64,000 nt of DNA from a virus, in IMG/VR virus record IMGVR_UViG_3300045988_077137; one strand, written 5' to 3'. A program made the translations under genes and the position numbers. A model generated the notes under the pieces. The model was not told the origin of the DNA. It did no database searches and worked only from the letters and a program-made list of their open reading frames with translations. Within the stretch, counting starts at the first letter, position 1. The number at the start of each line of letters is the position of its first letter. This document shows, piece by piece, positions 35,304 through 44,595 of this stretch.

Positions 35304-35832
35304 ATTGATTCATGAATTTTTGAACACTTTTGAAGAGTTTCCAGCCGTCCGTGTACTTCTCCAACAGTTGTTCGCAGTTTATGATACAAGTCAATAACTT
35401 CTTGGACGTGTTTCCCAGAGCCTGTTCGTTCTTACAGAATATCCATAAGTCCAAATAATCACAGGTCTTGAAAAGACGGTACTGGAGGTCAGTCATTGTC
35501 TTCTTAATTTCTTCATCGGAATACGGCAACAGGTTCACGTCGCCATGACAGATTTCGTATTCAATGATATCCCATGCCGCAGCCGTGTTCTCATTGAATT
35601 TCTTTACGCACGCATTGAGGTCGCCTGTAACACTTTCCACGTAGTCGTGGAGTAACACCTTGTCAAACACGTTGATGTCGTAGGCAACGTCCTCTTCTGA
35701 GGCAAACCAACGAAATAACATGCCTACCACCAACCCATGCTCCAAGAGGTTGTACCCCCTGTGATGGGGGGTATTAGGCAACCTCTGAATGTCTTTCATC
35801 CCTAACAGGATGTCAATCTTTTTGAAATTCAT
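35293..35832 (-). CDS. HD-domain phosphohydrolase (YfbR-like 5'-deoxynucleotidase candidate)
   Basis: H..H...HD...D pattern: HHRGYNLLEH ... LLHDYVESVTGD. Confidence 0.7.
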   Translation of the reverse strand: MNFKKIDILLGMKDIQRLPNTPHHRGYNLLEHGLVVGMLFRWFASEEDVAYDINVFDKVLLHDYVESVTGDLNACVKKFNENTAAAWDIIEYEICHGDVNLLPYSDEEIKKTMTDLQYRLFKTCDYLDLWIFCKNEQALGNTSKKLLTCIINCEQLLEKYTDGWKLFKSVQKFMNQYEP

Positions 35833-35864
35833 AACTAAATCGTCTTTATTTTAGTGAATAATTC

Positions 35865-36983
35865 TTATCCGATGAACAGTTCGTTCAGTAACGGGTTCCG
35901 GAACTCTACCAACTGTTTTGTCCAATAACGGAAGATAACCTTTGCCCAGTCAGAGAACATCTCATCTTCAAACTTTTCAATATCCGCACGCAATAACTCG
36001 AAGTCCTGTTCTGTACGGTTTTCACTGTTACGACAGTTTTCTTCGAACTGGCTCAACTGAGCGATAAGCGCATCGAACTCCTCTAAAGTTTTAAACGTCG
36101 TCTTATAGGAAAAGTTTACTCCGGACGGATACGAATTTGGGTCTCTTTTAGCGATTTCTTCAGCCAACGGAATGAAGTCCTTATAGACATGAAGATTGTC
36201 TGCCTTGTGGTAATATTTCCCGACAGGCACGCCCACTATCGCTGCGACGTACTCCTGCATCAATGTAAAGTTGAACACGTTCACCGCACTGAACCCCCAG
36301 ATAAGGTCATTCGAACGGATATCCACGTAACAGTTCATCTTTCCATTCACTATCATGAAGTGGATTGAACGGGTACACGGTGTATCCTTTGTGAGGAGCA
36401 ATGGAGCCTTTTCCCCGTCCTCTTCATTCTGATTGAAGTTGTCAGAGATAGGGTCGTGAATTGTGATAACCGCTTCACGGGTATCGATGTCCTGCTTGAA
36501 CTTTTCAATGACGAACCGTAATTGGTCAGTCACGTTCTGGTACAGTCCGGGAGCCTTCAATTTTGAATAACGACCGTTTTCGTCTGCTTTACCGTTCTTA
36601 TACTGTCGCGGAAGTAACTTTCCGGACAATGTTACCATCGAGTCAAAATTGTCCCCGTAACGACGTATTCTGGGTCCATATCCCGCTCTCATGAACTTTC
36701 CGTCGTCTGAGAAGTTTACAAGGTTCTTCACATAGGAAGCAGGCATCTCAAGACTGTTATCTCCACGAGCCAGCCACAGGGACTCAATCCACCCCAATGT
36801 TTTGTTCCATTTACGCTCCGGAACACGAACATAGCGGTCGGTCGGATTAGTTATCTCAATGAGGACGGCTCCAGGGAACTCACGACATTCGAACCCTCTT
36901 CGGGTAACGTCAATCCCTTTATCCATCAACTCCTTACAAAGTAGCACCAGCGCACTACTCAAATTTTCTGCTTGAAAATACAT
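35865..36983 (-). CDS. thymidylate-synthase-family enzyme, a candidate dUMP hydroxymethylase
   Basis: Catalytic-Cys region TPCTRSIHF (compare ThyA PCH...QF) and RSNDLIWGFSAVNVFNF (compare ThyA RSCDVFLGLPFNIASY). At 372 aa it is about 100 aa longer than canonical ThyA. The hydroxymethylase call rests on gene context. Confidence 0.65.
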   Translation of the reverse strand: MYFQAENLSSALVLLCKELMDKGIDVTRRGFECREFPGAVLIEITNPTDRYVRVPERKWNKTLGWIESLWLARGDNSLEMPASYVKNLVNFSDDGKFMRAGYGPRIRRYGDNFDSMVTLSGKLLPRQYKNGKADENGRYSKLKAPGLYQNVTDQLRFVIEKFKQDIDTREAVITIHDPISDNFNQNEEDGEKAPLLLTKDTPCTRSIHFMIVNGKMNCYVDIRSNDLIWGFSAVNVFNFTLMQEYVAAIVGVPVGKYYHKADNLHVYKDFIPLAEEIAKRDPNSYPSGVNFSYKTTFKTLEEFDALIAQLSQFEENCRNSENRTEQDFELLRADIEKFEDEMFSDWAKVIFRYWTKQLVEFRNPLLNELFIG

Positions 36984-36997
36984 AAGTCTTTCTTGAT

Positions 36998-38035
36998 TTA
37001 ATCGATTAATAATTCTCCTGGCTTGGGCAACTTAGCATTCCACTTCGGGGGGAAGACGAACTCAATCTTCTTCGGACTCTTTTCGTAGGTGTGCTTGATA
37101 CGTTCATTTCTACCTTTGTTGAAAGACGCTCCTAATCCCTTTGCAAACTTCGATGTTTCACAGAAACAGTTCTGAAGATTTGTAAGAGTAGGAACAGGCT
37201 CCCACGGTAACGGGTTCCACTTCATACCTGTCTTTTCGCAGAAGTCACCCATCAGCCTTTCAAAGTTGTCGTGAACCCACTTGATAGTGCCCACATAGTC
37301 ATAACGCTTTCCGGACGCTCCGTCAAATGTCCAGCCGATACCTTTCAACGACCCTGGACCAGTGATGACAAAATCGTTTTCCGAAAAGTTGAACAGGGGT
37401 GAATAATTCAGGTCAATGCAATATTGCTGAGCCGTGAAGTCCCCGTATATTTTCATATTCCTGAAAACCCAATACAAGTCCTCAAAGGTCTTCGCCTCTA
37501 AGAAGTCATACAGGTGTCCGTTCTGAAAGATTTCGTCCTCAAAGATACGGAAGTGAGCACGATGTTTGCTCATGCCTGTTATGTGCTTATATTGGGGATA
37601 CTGATAAAAGAAGCAATTCACGATGTATGCATTACCGTATATCGTGTCGCCACTGTCAACTACCTTATCCAAGAACTTCGCTATGTTTTCCAAGCCTGTT
37701 TCGTAGGTGATATCCCCGAACTCCTTTTCCAACAAATCCCACGTCTCGTTCTTATTGAAATGCTTGAAAAGCAATATGCGAAAGAACATATCCTCTGGCT
37801 CGTATTCTTTACCATTGTAAATCACACGGCTCAACAGGTATTGACTCACACGGTCAAGGCAACGATACACAGAAGTAAATTTGTAATTTTGCAAAATCGG
37901 GTCGGCTGTCCAAGGCTGTGGGTCTCCGTTGTATTTCTTCCAAAAAATGTTCATCCGCTCACATATCCAATATAAATAATGAGGGAAATTTTCGTTTGGC
38001 TTCGGGACAAATATTTCTTTATTTTTCATATACAA
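36998..38035 (-). CDS. alpha-glutamyl/putrescinyl thymine pyrophosphorylase-like (aGPT-Pplase) DNA hypermodification protein
   Basis: The N-terminal block YLYWICERMNIFWKKYNGDPQPWTADPILQNYKFTSVYRCLDRVSQYL matches my recollection of the aGPT-Pplase signature (PWT.DPIL..Y.FTN.YR..DR.TQ). Needs a profile search. Confidence 0.5.
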   Translation of the reverse strand: MYMKNKEIFVPKPNENFPHYLYWICERMNIFWKKYNGDPQPWTADPILQNYKFTSVYRCLDRVSQYLLSRVIYNGKEYEPEDMFFRILLFKHFNKNETWDLLEKEFGDITYETGLENIAKFLDKVVDSGDTIYGNAYIVNCFFYQYPQYKHITGMSKHRAHFRIFEDEIFQNGHLYDFLEAKTFEDLYWVFRNMKIYGDFTAQQYCIDLNYSPLFNFSENDFVITGPGSLKGIGWTFDGASGKRYDYVGTIKWVHDNFERLMGDFCEKTGMKWNPLPWEPVPTLTNLQNCFCETSKFAKGLGASFNKGRNERIKHTYEKSPKKIEFVFPPKWNAKLPKPGELLID

Positions 38036-38636
38036 ACTTTCTTAAATACATACCATTGCGCTCACCTGTTACTGCCCGACCAATCTTTCGCTTATGCTCT
38101 TCAGACAACGGCTTTCCTCTACGACTTAATCCCATCTTCTTCTGAAGTTCAGGATTTCTCAACGCATTTCGTGATGCTTCACATTGCTTTTGAACAAAAG
38201 ATTCATCTTGACGCAAATTCTTCATCAACACAGACTTTCTTTTCCGAAATTCAGGTGTGCATCTTTTCTTTGCTGCCTCTGACATTTTTCGTTTTGATTC
38301 CTCAGAAAATACCTTTCCAAGTTGTCCTTCACCTCCCAATGTCATATTATAGCCATTTCTAAAAGTGTTGAACCGCTTTATAAGCCTCATTTCAACGTAG
38401 TCAAGTTTCTTCTTCAGAATCTCTTTCGTAGGAGCGGAAACAGTCATGACCTCTTCGACTGTAAAGTTCTCCTCGCCATACTTTCGAATGGCTCGGTGGA
38501 ACTTGTATCTACTTCCTGAAAATGATTCATTGACATGCCGATTCCAACGTTCTTCAATCAAACGAATTGTCTGCCCAAAGTACAGTTTCCCAGTGGGCAG
38601 ACAGGTGACGCAATATATGTAACCTTTATGAATCAT
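38019..38636 (-). CDS. GIY-YIG homing endonuclease
   Basis: GYIYCVTCLPTGKLYFGQT...R...H with NUMOD3-like repeats. It is inserted between the aGPT-Pplase-like gene and the P-loop kinase gene. Confidence 0.85.
   Translation of the reverse strand: MIHKGYIYCVTCLPTGKLYFGQTIRLIEERWNRHVNESFSGSRYKFHRAIRKYGEENFTVEEVMTVSAPTKEILKKKLDYVEMRLIKRFNTFRNGYNMTLGGEGQLGKVFSEESKRKMSEAAKKRCTPEFRKRKSVLMKNLRQDESFVQKQCEASRNALRNPELQKKMGLSRRGKPLSEEHKRKIGRAVTGERNGMYLRKFVYEK
38365..38434. repeat. 70-nt block identical to 41631..41700
   Basis: gtgttgaaccgctttataagcctcatttcaacgtagtcaagtttcttcttcagaatctctttcgtaggag is present in both homing endonuclease genes. The flanks are similar but carry mismatches. Confidence 0.95.
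38569..38620. repeat. 52-nt block identical to 50259..50310 and near-identical to 51459..51508
   Basis: gtctgcccaaagtacagtttcccagtgggcagacaggtgacgcaatatatgt encodes the YCVTCLPTGKLYFGQT core. Confidence 0.95.
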
Positions 38637-39370
38637 TTATCCTTTTGAAATTCAACAAACGAGTTCTTTTCAATGTAGTCCGACGCTTCACAGAAAGCCA
38701 CGAACTCTTCACATAGTTCTGACAGCCCAAAGAAATTGAAAATATGAACACCCAAGTCCCAGACCGGAGCGTCATACGGTTGGTCGTGAAGAACCACACA
38801 ACCGCCAGCCTCATTTACCTCTTTTCCCTCTCTTTGAGCCTTTTCGAAGTCGTGCATAAAGGTACGGTGCTTCCGCCACATGCAATCCCCCTTAGGAGGC
38901 TCGCCAGACCTGTATGCTATACGAGCACAATATTCATCCCATTGGTCGTCACGGTAATCATACCTGACATGGAGAATGTTCGTAAACTCACTCTCTCCGC
39001 ATAAATCCAAGGGACGCAATCGCCATGATACAGTTGTTCCTGCACCATCAATCAAAACTCCATGCCCTGCCTTAGACGTTTCCTTCAAGAAGTAGGATAA
39101 ACCCTCAGCCTTGCACAGTCGCGACGTCATACTGTCGTAACCTTGCCAGCGTCGGATACCGCCATTCTCATAGAATTTCCCAACGAAAACCATATTGAAG
39201 TCCTCGGAGTAAACCCCGACTTCCTTTTCCTTTCCGTCAAGTGTCTTAAACTTGTATGGGCGGAGTTTCATACCTAATGATTCGAGGAACTCGAGGAAGA
39301 GGTAAACCCTTGTAGATTTACCGCTCCCCGAGATGCCTTTAACCAATACTATGGATTCCCCGTCAACCAT
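38633..39370 (-). CDS. P-loop kinase, a candidate 5-hydroxymethyl-dU DNA kinase
   Basis: Walker A GISGSGKST. The 245-aa size and the synteny with the aGPT-Pplase-like and TS-family genes support the call. Function is inferred from context. Confidence 0.45.
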   Translation of the reverse strand: MVDGESIVLVKGISGSGKSTRVYLFLEFLESLGMKLRPYKFKTLDGKEKEVGVYSEDFNMVFVGKFYENGGIRRWQGYDSMTSRLCKAEGLSYFLKETSKAGHGVLIDGAGTTVSWRLRPLDLCGESEFTNILHVRYDYRDDQWDEYCARIAYRSGEPPKGDCMWRKHRTFMHDFEKAQREGKEVNEAGGCVVLHDQPYDAPVWDLGVHIFNFFGLSELCEEFVAFCEASDYIEKNSFVEFQKDK

Positions 39371-40093
39371 TTACTTCTTCTTTGGAGTTTTCTTTGCGGG
39401 TGCAGGTTTGGCGTCCTCAGCCAGTTCCAACGCTGTTACACGTTTCTTGATAGGCTTGTCGTCACCGAACTTGACCATACACTTTTCTTTTCCGTCTCCG
39501 GACTTGTACAGGCGAGTGATTTCACCAACAGCGTCCTCGCCTTTCAGGATAACTTTCGAACCTACTTTCAGTCCCGGAATTTCTTCCGATTCTTCGAGGT
39601 TCTGACGTTTTGTTTCACGAGGAGTCTTGTCGGCTTTCGCTGACTTCTTTTCCTTCATAGACTTGTCTGATTTAGACGGAGTCTTGCGGTTTTTCTGACG
39701 TTCCTCGTACTCTGCCTCAGCCTTTGCCAAGCGTTCTTCCTCTTCCGGTGCCAGTTGTTCTTCTGACTGATAGGTAGAGTTGCGTTTGTTCTGACGTTTC
39801 ATTGCTGCTTCAGGTGAACCATCCTCAGGGTCTGGGTCGTCATCAGCGGTTTCTTCTTTCTTCGGAGCAGCCTTTTTCGCAGGAACCTTTTTGTCTTCCT
39901 TTTTAGGAGCGGACTTCTTGGCGGGAGCAGCCTTTGCAGGTTGTTCTTCGGCTTCGCCACCTAACTTGTCAAGGAACTCTTGAGCCACCTTAACTTCCAA
40001 TTCACTTGAGTTTTCATTCTCAATGATTTCGTTCAACTGTTCAGCAGTGAACTTTCTGTACTTCATACGAAGTGCCAACGCATTGTTTGCCAT
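39371..40093 (-). CDS. Lys/Ala/Pro-rich histone-H1-like protein with a C-terminal KOW/SH3-like segment
   Basis: PAKAAPAKKSAPKKEDKKVPAKKAAPKKEE low-complexity region. The C-terminus is KVGSKVILKGEDAVGEITRLYKSGDGKEKCMVKFGD. Confidence 0.45.
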   Translation of the reverse strand: MANNALALRMKYRKFTAEQLNEIIENENSSELEVKVAQEFLDKLGGEAEEQPAKAAPAKKSAPKKEDKKVPAKKAAPKKEETADDDPDPEDGSPEAAMKRQNKRNSTYQSEEQLAPEEEERLAKAEAEYEERQKNRKTPSKSDKSMKEKKSAKADKTPRETKRQNLEESEEIPGLKVGSKVILKGEDAVGEITRLYKSGDGKEKCMVKFGDDKPIKKRVTALELAEDAKPAPAKKTPKKK

Positions 40094-40156
40094 AATCGTT
40101 TTTACTTTATTAGTTAAAATTTTATTTTCAGTGATGTTTTATCACTTATCTCGGTA

Positions 40157-40164
40157 CAAATATA
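40157..40164 (-). promoter_or_regulatory. possible -7 element TAtaTTTG
   Basis: TAnnTTTG match on the minus strand 64 nt upstream of the start at 40093. There is no clean -33. Confidence 0.3.
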
Positions 40165-40211
40165 ATGTAAATATCTCGAATAAGTTTTGATTTTCTCGCG
40201 AAAAATCGAAA

Positions 40212-40661
40212 TTATTTTTTGCCGGAATGACCAAAACCTCCCGCACCTCGTTCTGTATCAGTCATTTCACTGACATCAGAAACTTCGATAATTTCCTCGA
40301 CTTTCGCATACGGAGCGAAGACAATCTGAGCAACTCTGTCGCCATTTTCGATTGTCTGTGGTTCTGTTGACAGGTTAATCAATGGAACACCTACTTCCCC
40401 ACGATAGTCAGCGTCAATGGTTCCCGGAGCATTGATTACGGTCAGACCCTGTTTAACAGCGCAACCGCTTCGAGGTCTCACCTGACCCTCGTACCCCTGT
40501 TCGATTTCCATGTACAAACCAGTAGGAATGATTTTACGCTCCATCGGAGCCAACGTGATTGAACCCTCGGGAAGATAGGCACGCAAGTCCATACCCGAAC
40601 TGTCTGGAGTTTTGTACTCCGGCAGAGCATTTGTGCTCTTGTTTACGATTTTCAATTTCAT
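40212..40661 (-). CDS. dut: trimeric dUTPase
   Basis: All five dUTPase motifs are present: SSGMDLRA, RPRSG, GTIDADYRGE, DRVAQIVF and ERGAGGFGHSG. Confidence 0.92.
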   Translation of the reverse strand: MKLKIVNKSTNALPEYKTPDSSGMDLRAYLPEGSITLAPMERKIIPTGLYMEIEQGYEGQVRPRSGCAVKQGLTVINAPGTIDADYRGEVGVPLINLSTEPQTIENGDRVAQIVFAPYAKVEEIIEVSDVSEMTDTERGAGGFGHSGKK

Positions 40662-40673
40662 ACTTGTAAATGA

Positions 40674-41177
40674 TTAAAATGAATGTTGCAACCAATCAAA
40701 ATTGTTTATAATTGTGATGTCATTATATTTAACGAGAAAATCACCTTTCGAGCCTCGAATTTTGACTTCCTCCTTAGCAGGATTGTTACTTACGACCTCC
40801 ATTATTGTCCCTTTGTACAGGACTTTGGTATCCCTGTAAAGAATGTACCAACGGTCATAATTTCCCTGAACTCTCCTCTGTTCTTCGTCTTTGTACTGAA
40901 ACGCTGGAAGACCTTTCTTTCCCCAGAAATTCTTTTCGACGAACTCCGCCACATTATATCCAGGAGTGAATATACTGTCGACGTTGAATTTCACACTCAA
41001 CTCAATAATCTTCAACCGCTTCTTCTTAGCAATATCCGCTGCAACTGACGCATACGTTCCATTACGATATATAGAGGAACGTAATTTGTGAGTCAGATAC
41101 TCCAATTGAAGCCGTGTCAAAAACTGTCTGTGGCGCAGTCCTTTGTCCTCACAGGTTTCTTCTCTTACTTTGTCCAT
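40674..41177 (-). CDS. hypothetical protein
   Basis: 167-aa ORF. No motif recognised. Confidence 0.45.
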   Translation of the reverse strand: MDKVREETCEDKGLRHRQFLTRLQLEYLTHKLRSSIYRNGTYASVAADIAKKKRLKIIELSVKFNVDSIFTPGYNVAEFVEKNFWGKKGLPAFQYKDEEQRRVQGNYDRWYILYRDTKVLYKGTIMEVVSNNPAKEEVKIRGSKGDFLVKYNDITIINNFDWLQHSF

Positions 41178-41191
41178 AATTACTCAAATTT

Positions 41192-41902
41192 TTATTTCCA
41201 TAAATATCCTCGATAAGGCAACCCATCCTGGAGTCTTTTCCTTAAAGTATGCCCATTCAATTTCAGTTCTCGTTTGATATCAATTATAGTATTCCATTCT
41301 TTAATAAGAATTCCATCCTTCGAATATTGAAATACTTTTCTACAATTATTTTGATATCCAGGTTTTCCCAAATTCGCTTCTGATATTTTTCTTTTGGTTT
41401 CTTCTGAATGATGTTTTCCATATAATGGATGATTCTTTCCAGAAAGTTTATGATTTCCGAAATTTGAATTCAACTCCCCAACTCGTAATTTAGCAGCATC
41501 GCTCATTCTTTTCAAAGTCTCATCCGAAAATTTTCTACCTTTCAAGGCTTTGCTGATTTTAGCAAGTGATTCTTCAGAAAGATTCACTAAACCATCCCCA
41601 CCATCTGTCGAATTATACCCGTCAATCTTAGTGTTGAACCGCTTTATAAGCCTCATTTCAACGTAGTCAAGTTTCTTCTTCAGAATCTCTTTCGTAGGAG
41701 AGGAAACTGTCAGAACTTCTTCGACCAGGAAGTTCTCCTCACCATACTTTCGTATGGCTCGGTGAAACTTATGGTCGGAGCCTCTTTGAGTAGAAAGAAT
41801 ATGCCGTCTCCAACGACTTCTTATAGAGATAATCGTTTGTCCGAAGTACAGTTTACCCGTCTTCAAACACGTCACACAATATATGAAGCCTTTTTGAATC
41901 AT
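41192..41902 (-). CDS. GIY-YIG homing endonuclease
   Basis: GFIYCVTCLKTGKLYFGQT...R...H with NUMOD3-like repeats (GKHHSEETKRKISEAN). Confidence 0.85.
   Translation of the reverse strand: MIQKGFIYCVTCLKTGKLYFGQTIISIRSRWRRHILSTQRGSDHKFHRAIRKYGEENFLVEEVLTVSSPTKEILKKKLDYVEMRLIKRFNTKIDGYNSTDGGDGLVNLSEESLAKISKALKGRKFSDETLKRMSDAAKLRVGELNSNFGNHKLSGKNHPLYGKHHSEETKRKISEANLGKPGYQNNCRKVFQYSKDGILIKEWNTIIDIKRELKLNGHTLRKRLQDGLPYRGYLWK
41631..41700. repeat. 70-nt block identical to 38365..38434
   Basis: Compared base by base. Confidence 0.95.
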
Positions 41903-42933
41903 AACTTTCCCAAATAAAAATTTAACGGGTCTTCAACATTTTTCAAAACATCTTCAAGTTCTTCAATCGAAATATTTCCAGGGTCCACTCCTGGGGTTCT
42001 AATTGCTGCAACCCAAACTGAATCAAACAAGTCTCTCATTCTTAACGCTGCTTCTTTACTTTCTTTTATTGTTCCATAGTCGTACAAAAGAATTATATTC
42101 TTCACTTTCTTTTTCAAAAGCATATCAATTTGTCCACGACCAATAGAATTCCCAAAAGTAAAGCAGCATTTCAGCCAATCCTTTTCTGTTAAGTTCAAAA
42201 GATTTGAAATGCCTACATAATCAAAAATTCCTTCAACCAAAATAACCGTTTCAGTCTTCCCCTCTATCAACTCATCGCAACCCCCTAACAAGTCTTGAAA
42301 GTTGTTCTCGGAGTTCCTGTAACGTAACACCAAGTCAGCCTCATGACGCTTGTATGCCTCAAGATTTTCTTTGTGCCATTCCTTCGAATACCTACTGCGT
42401 GCCCACCACGCCACACACACTCCATTGACTTTCATCTTAAAGATGATGAAGTTCTTCAACTTCGCTTCCAACGGTGTATTAGTATAGGATGGCTCGAACT
42501 CCGCATAGTGTTCAGGTCGGAACCCACGATTATTCAGGTACTCATCATCCACAAGCGGTTTCAGCCGTAACGGAAGAGTAACAGGCTTTAATTCTTCTTC
42601 CTGCACCTGTTCTGCATCACCCTTCATCCACTTCGATGTCTCCCCCTGAATATCACCTATCTTCGGACAGTTCTCAAGTTCATTCGGCTTGACTGTATAG
42701 GAGCGTTTCGCGAGGTCTGTTCTACCGAGTTTCTTAAGGAACTCATAGACGGACACTTTACGAGGACACTTCCAACAGTGGAACGTCGCCACGCCATTCA
42801 TGTTGAAGATGATACCCCACTTCCCTGCTTTCCCGCAGAAAGGACAGTCCATATCCTTATTCGTGAGCCACCCCTGTGAACCAAATGGCGTGAGATTGAA
42901 ATCAGCGATTATCTGTTCCTTATCGTACCGCAT
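41899..42933 (-). CDS. DNA primase (zinc-binding domain plus TOPRIM)
   Basis: CPFCGK...HCWKCPRK zinc motif, TOPRIM Glu in VILVEGIFDY, and acidic ILLYDYG. The first ATG (MRYDKEQ) is at 42933, 7 nt after the helicase stop. Confidence 0.72.
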   Translation of the reverse strand: MRYDKEQIIADFNLTPFGSQGWLTNKDMDCPFCGKAGKWGIIFNMNGVATFHCWKCPRKVSVYEFLKKLGRTDLAKRSYTVKPNELENCPKIGDIQGETSKWMKGDAEQVQEEELKPVTLPLRLKPLVDDEYLNNRGFRPEHYAEFEPSYTNTPLEAKLKNFIIFKMKVNGVCVAWWARSRYSKEWHKENLEAYKRHEADLVLRYRNSENNFQDLLGGCDELIEGKTETVILVEGIFDYVGISNLLNLTEKDWLKCCFTFGNSIGRGQIDMLLKKKVKNIILLYDYGTIKESKEAALRMRDLFDSVWVAAIRTPGVDPGNISIEELEDVLKNVEDPLNFYLGKL

Positions 42934-42940
42934 AACAAAA

Positions 42941-44584
42941 TTATTTCTTGCGAGGTACAGGCTTCCTCGTTGTCTTCGGGGTTTCCTGTACACCCTTGTT
43001 TGCTAAATATTCCTTGAGCGACTGTTTAGTCTGTCGCTTATTCAACGTCTCTTGTGGCTCCTGTGCAGCCGTTTCACCCTCGCCAACTACCTTTGTTCCG
43101 TACACTCCTGGTGCTATCTCTACTCGCTCCTTCTTCTCCCCAACGGCTGCTTCTCCGTTACCTTTACGGCTGCGACGGCTCTCAAGCCTGTCAAGAGCCG
43201 ACATATCCAACACCTGCTCAACGATTGTTGAACGTGATATATCGTAGAAGAAGCCGTTCTCGTAATTAGTAGGGATTCGAATGATGATACCATTGTTTCG
43301 GTAGTTTCGTAACTTATCACAATAGATACGAGCCATGTTCTGTTTGCCCTCTTCAATTGTAATGTTACCTGTAAACACGAACGAGAATGGCTTGATAAGT
43401 GTGCGGTCACCCTCTGTATTCTGGCGAGTGATTACCCGTGTCGGGTCGTTCCATACTTCAATAGGAACGTCTCCCGTCTGGGTCGCTGTAATTACGGCAC
43501 AATCGTATTTCTTCGCGATATCCTTTAATCGCTGGGCACACTTCTGTAACCTGTATTTGATGAAGTTCGGGTCGAAGTCAATCTTCTTGTTTTCCCCTGT
43601 CAATAACAGGTCAATAGAGTCGACTGTAACCAAGTCAGGATAATACCCATACTCTTTCTTATAGTCCTCTATCGCAGCCACCAAGTCGGCTATCGTCATG
43701 TCCATCATCTCTTCAGAAGCGTACACGTCAATATCACTGTTCACTGTTTGTGCCCTCTTGATGAGTGCTGAGATACGTTGTCGGGTCTCATCGCTGACAT
43801 CACCCCTCATGATTTTCGCATAGGTAGTGTTCGCCAACATTTGGTCAAACTTAACAACCGCCTCATCACGACCACCCTCTAACTGAAAGTGAAGACAGTG
43901 ATTGTGAGCGATTGATGTATTATACCAAGAAAAGTATTTAAGAGCCGTGGATTTACCAACACCGGAACGCATGATTAGGAGAACGGTATCCTGGCGAGGA
44001 ATTCCCCCATCAGTAATTTCGTCAATCGTTGATATTCCTGTCGGTATCTTTGCCCGACGTGTTTCATCCTCGGCTTTCATTTGTGCCGTTCCTATGTTAC
44101 GATAGAAATCCCTGTACACCCGTACAAACTTTCCTCGGAACTTATCTAAGGAAAAAGCGTTTATTTCCGCCATTCTTTTCTCAAGAAGAAGCATCGCTTC
44201 CTCTGGCTTCCCTTCATTATACATATCCGACACTTCGTGCTGAGTAGCGACAAATGTCTGACGTCTAATAAAGGTTTCCAATTGCCGTGTCATAGGTTCC
44301 ACCTCTGGAAGTTTAATTCCCTTGACCTCAGCAATCTTCTTTGAAACTTCCTCGTTGTTAGGGAAGGTCATTTCCACCATACCAAACGTCGCCAGATTAC
44401 CCGTTTTCTTCATCGTGTCTGCCAACACTTTCAGCATCGCTTTACAACCTCCCAATTCTCGGGGAAAGTTACTTAAATCGAGATTATCTACGACCAACTC
44501 CGCAAACTGTTTGTTTGCGAAAGCCAATCTTAACATCTCTTCCACGAAATTCGGGCTGAGAATCGCATCAACCTTTTTTGCCAT
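42941..44584 (-). CDS. DnaB-like replicative helicase
   Basis: RecA-fold C-terminal domain with Walker A MRSGVGKSTAL and Walker B DLVTVDSIDLL. It lies next to the primase. Confidence 0.78.
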   Translation of the reverse strand: MAKKVDAILSPNFVEEMLRLAFANKQFAELVVDNLDLSNFPRELGGCKAMLKVLADTMKKTGNLATFGMVEMTFPNNEEVSKKIAEVKGIKLPEVEPMTRQLETFIRRQTFVATQHEVSDMYNEGKPEEAMLLLEKRMAEINAFSLDKFRGKFVRVYRDFYRNIGTAQMKAEDETRRAKIPTGISTIDEITDGGIPRQDTVLLIMRSGVGKSTALKYFSWYNTSIAHNHCLHFQLEGGRDEAVVKFDQMLANTTYAKIMRGDVSDETRQRISALIKRAQTVNSDIDVYASEEMMDMTIADLVAAIEDYKKEYGYYPDLVTVDSIDLLLTGENKKIDFDPNFIKYRLQKCAQRLKDIAKKYDCAVITATQTGDVPIEVWNDPTRVITRQNTEGDRTLIKPFSFVFTGNITIEEGKQNMARIYCDKLRNYRNNGIIIRIPTNYENGFFYDISRSTIVEQVLDMSALDRLESRRSRKGNGEAAVGEKKERVEIAPGVYGTKVVGEGETAAQEPQETLNKRQTKQSLKEYLANKGVQETPKTTRKPVPRKK

Positions 44585-44595
44585 ATCTTTTCAAT

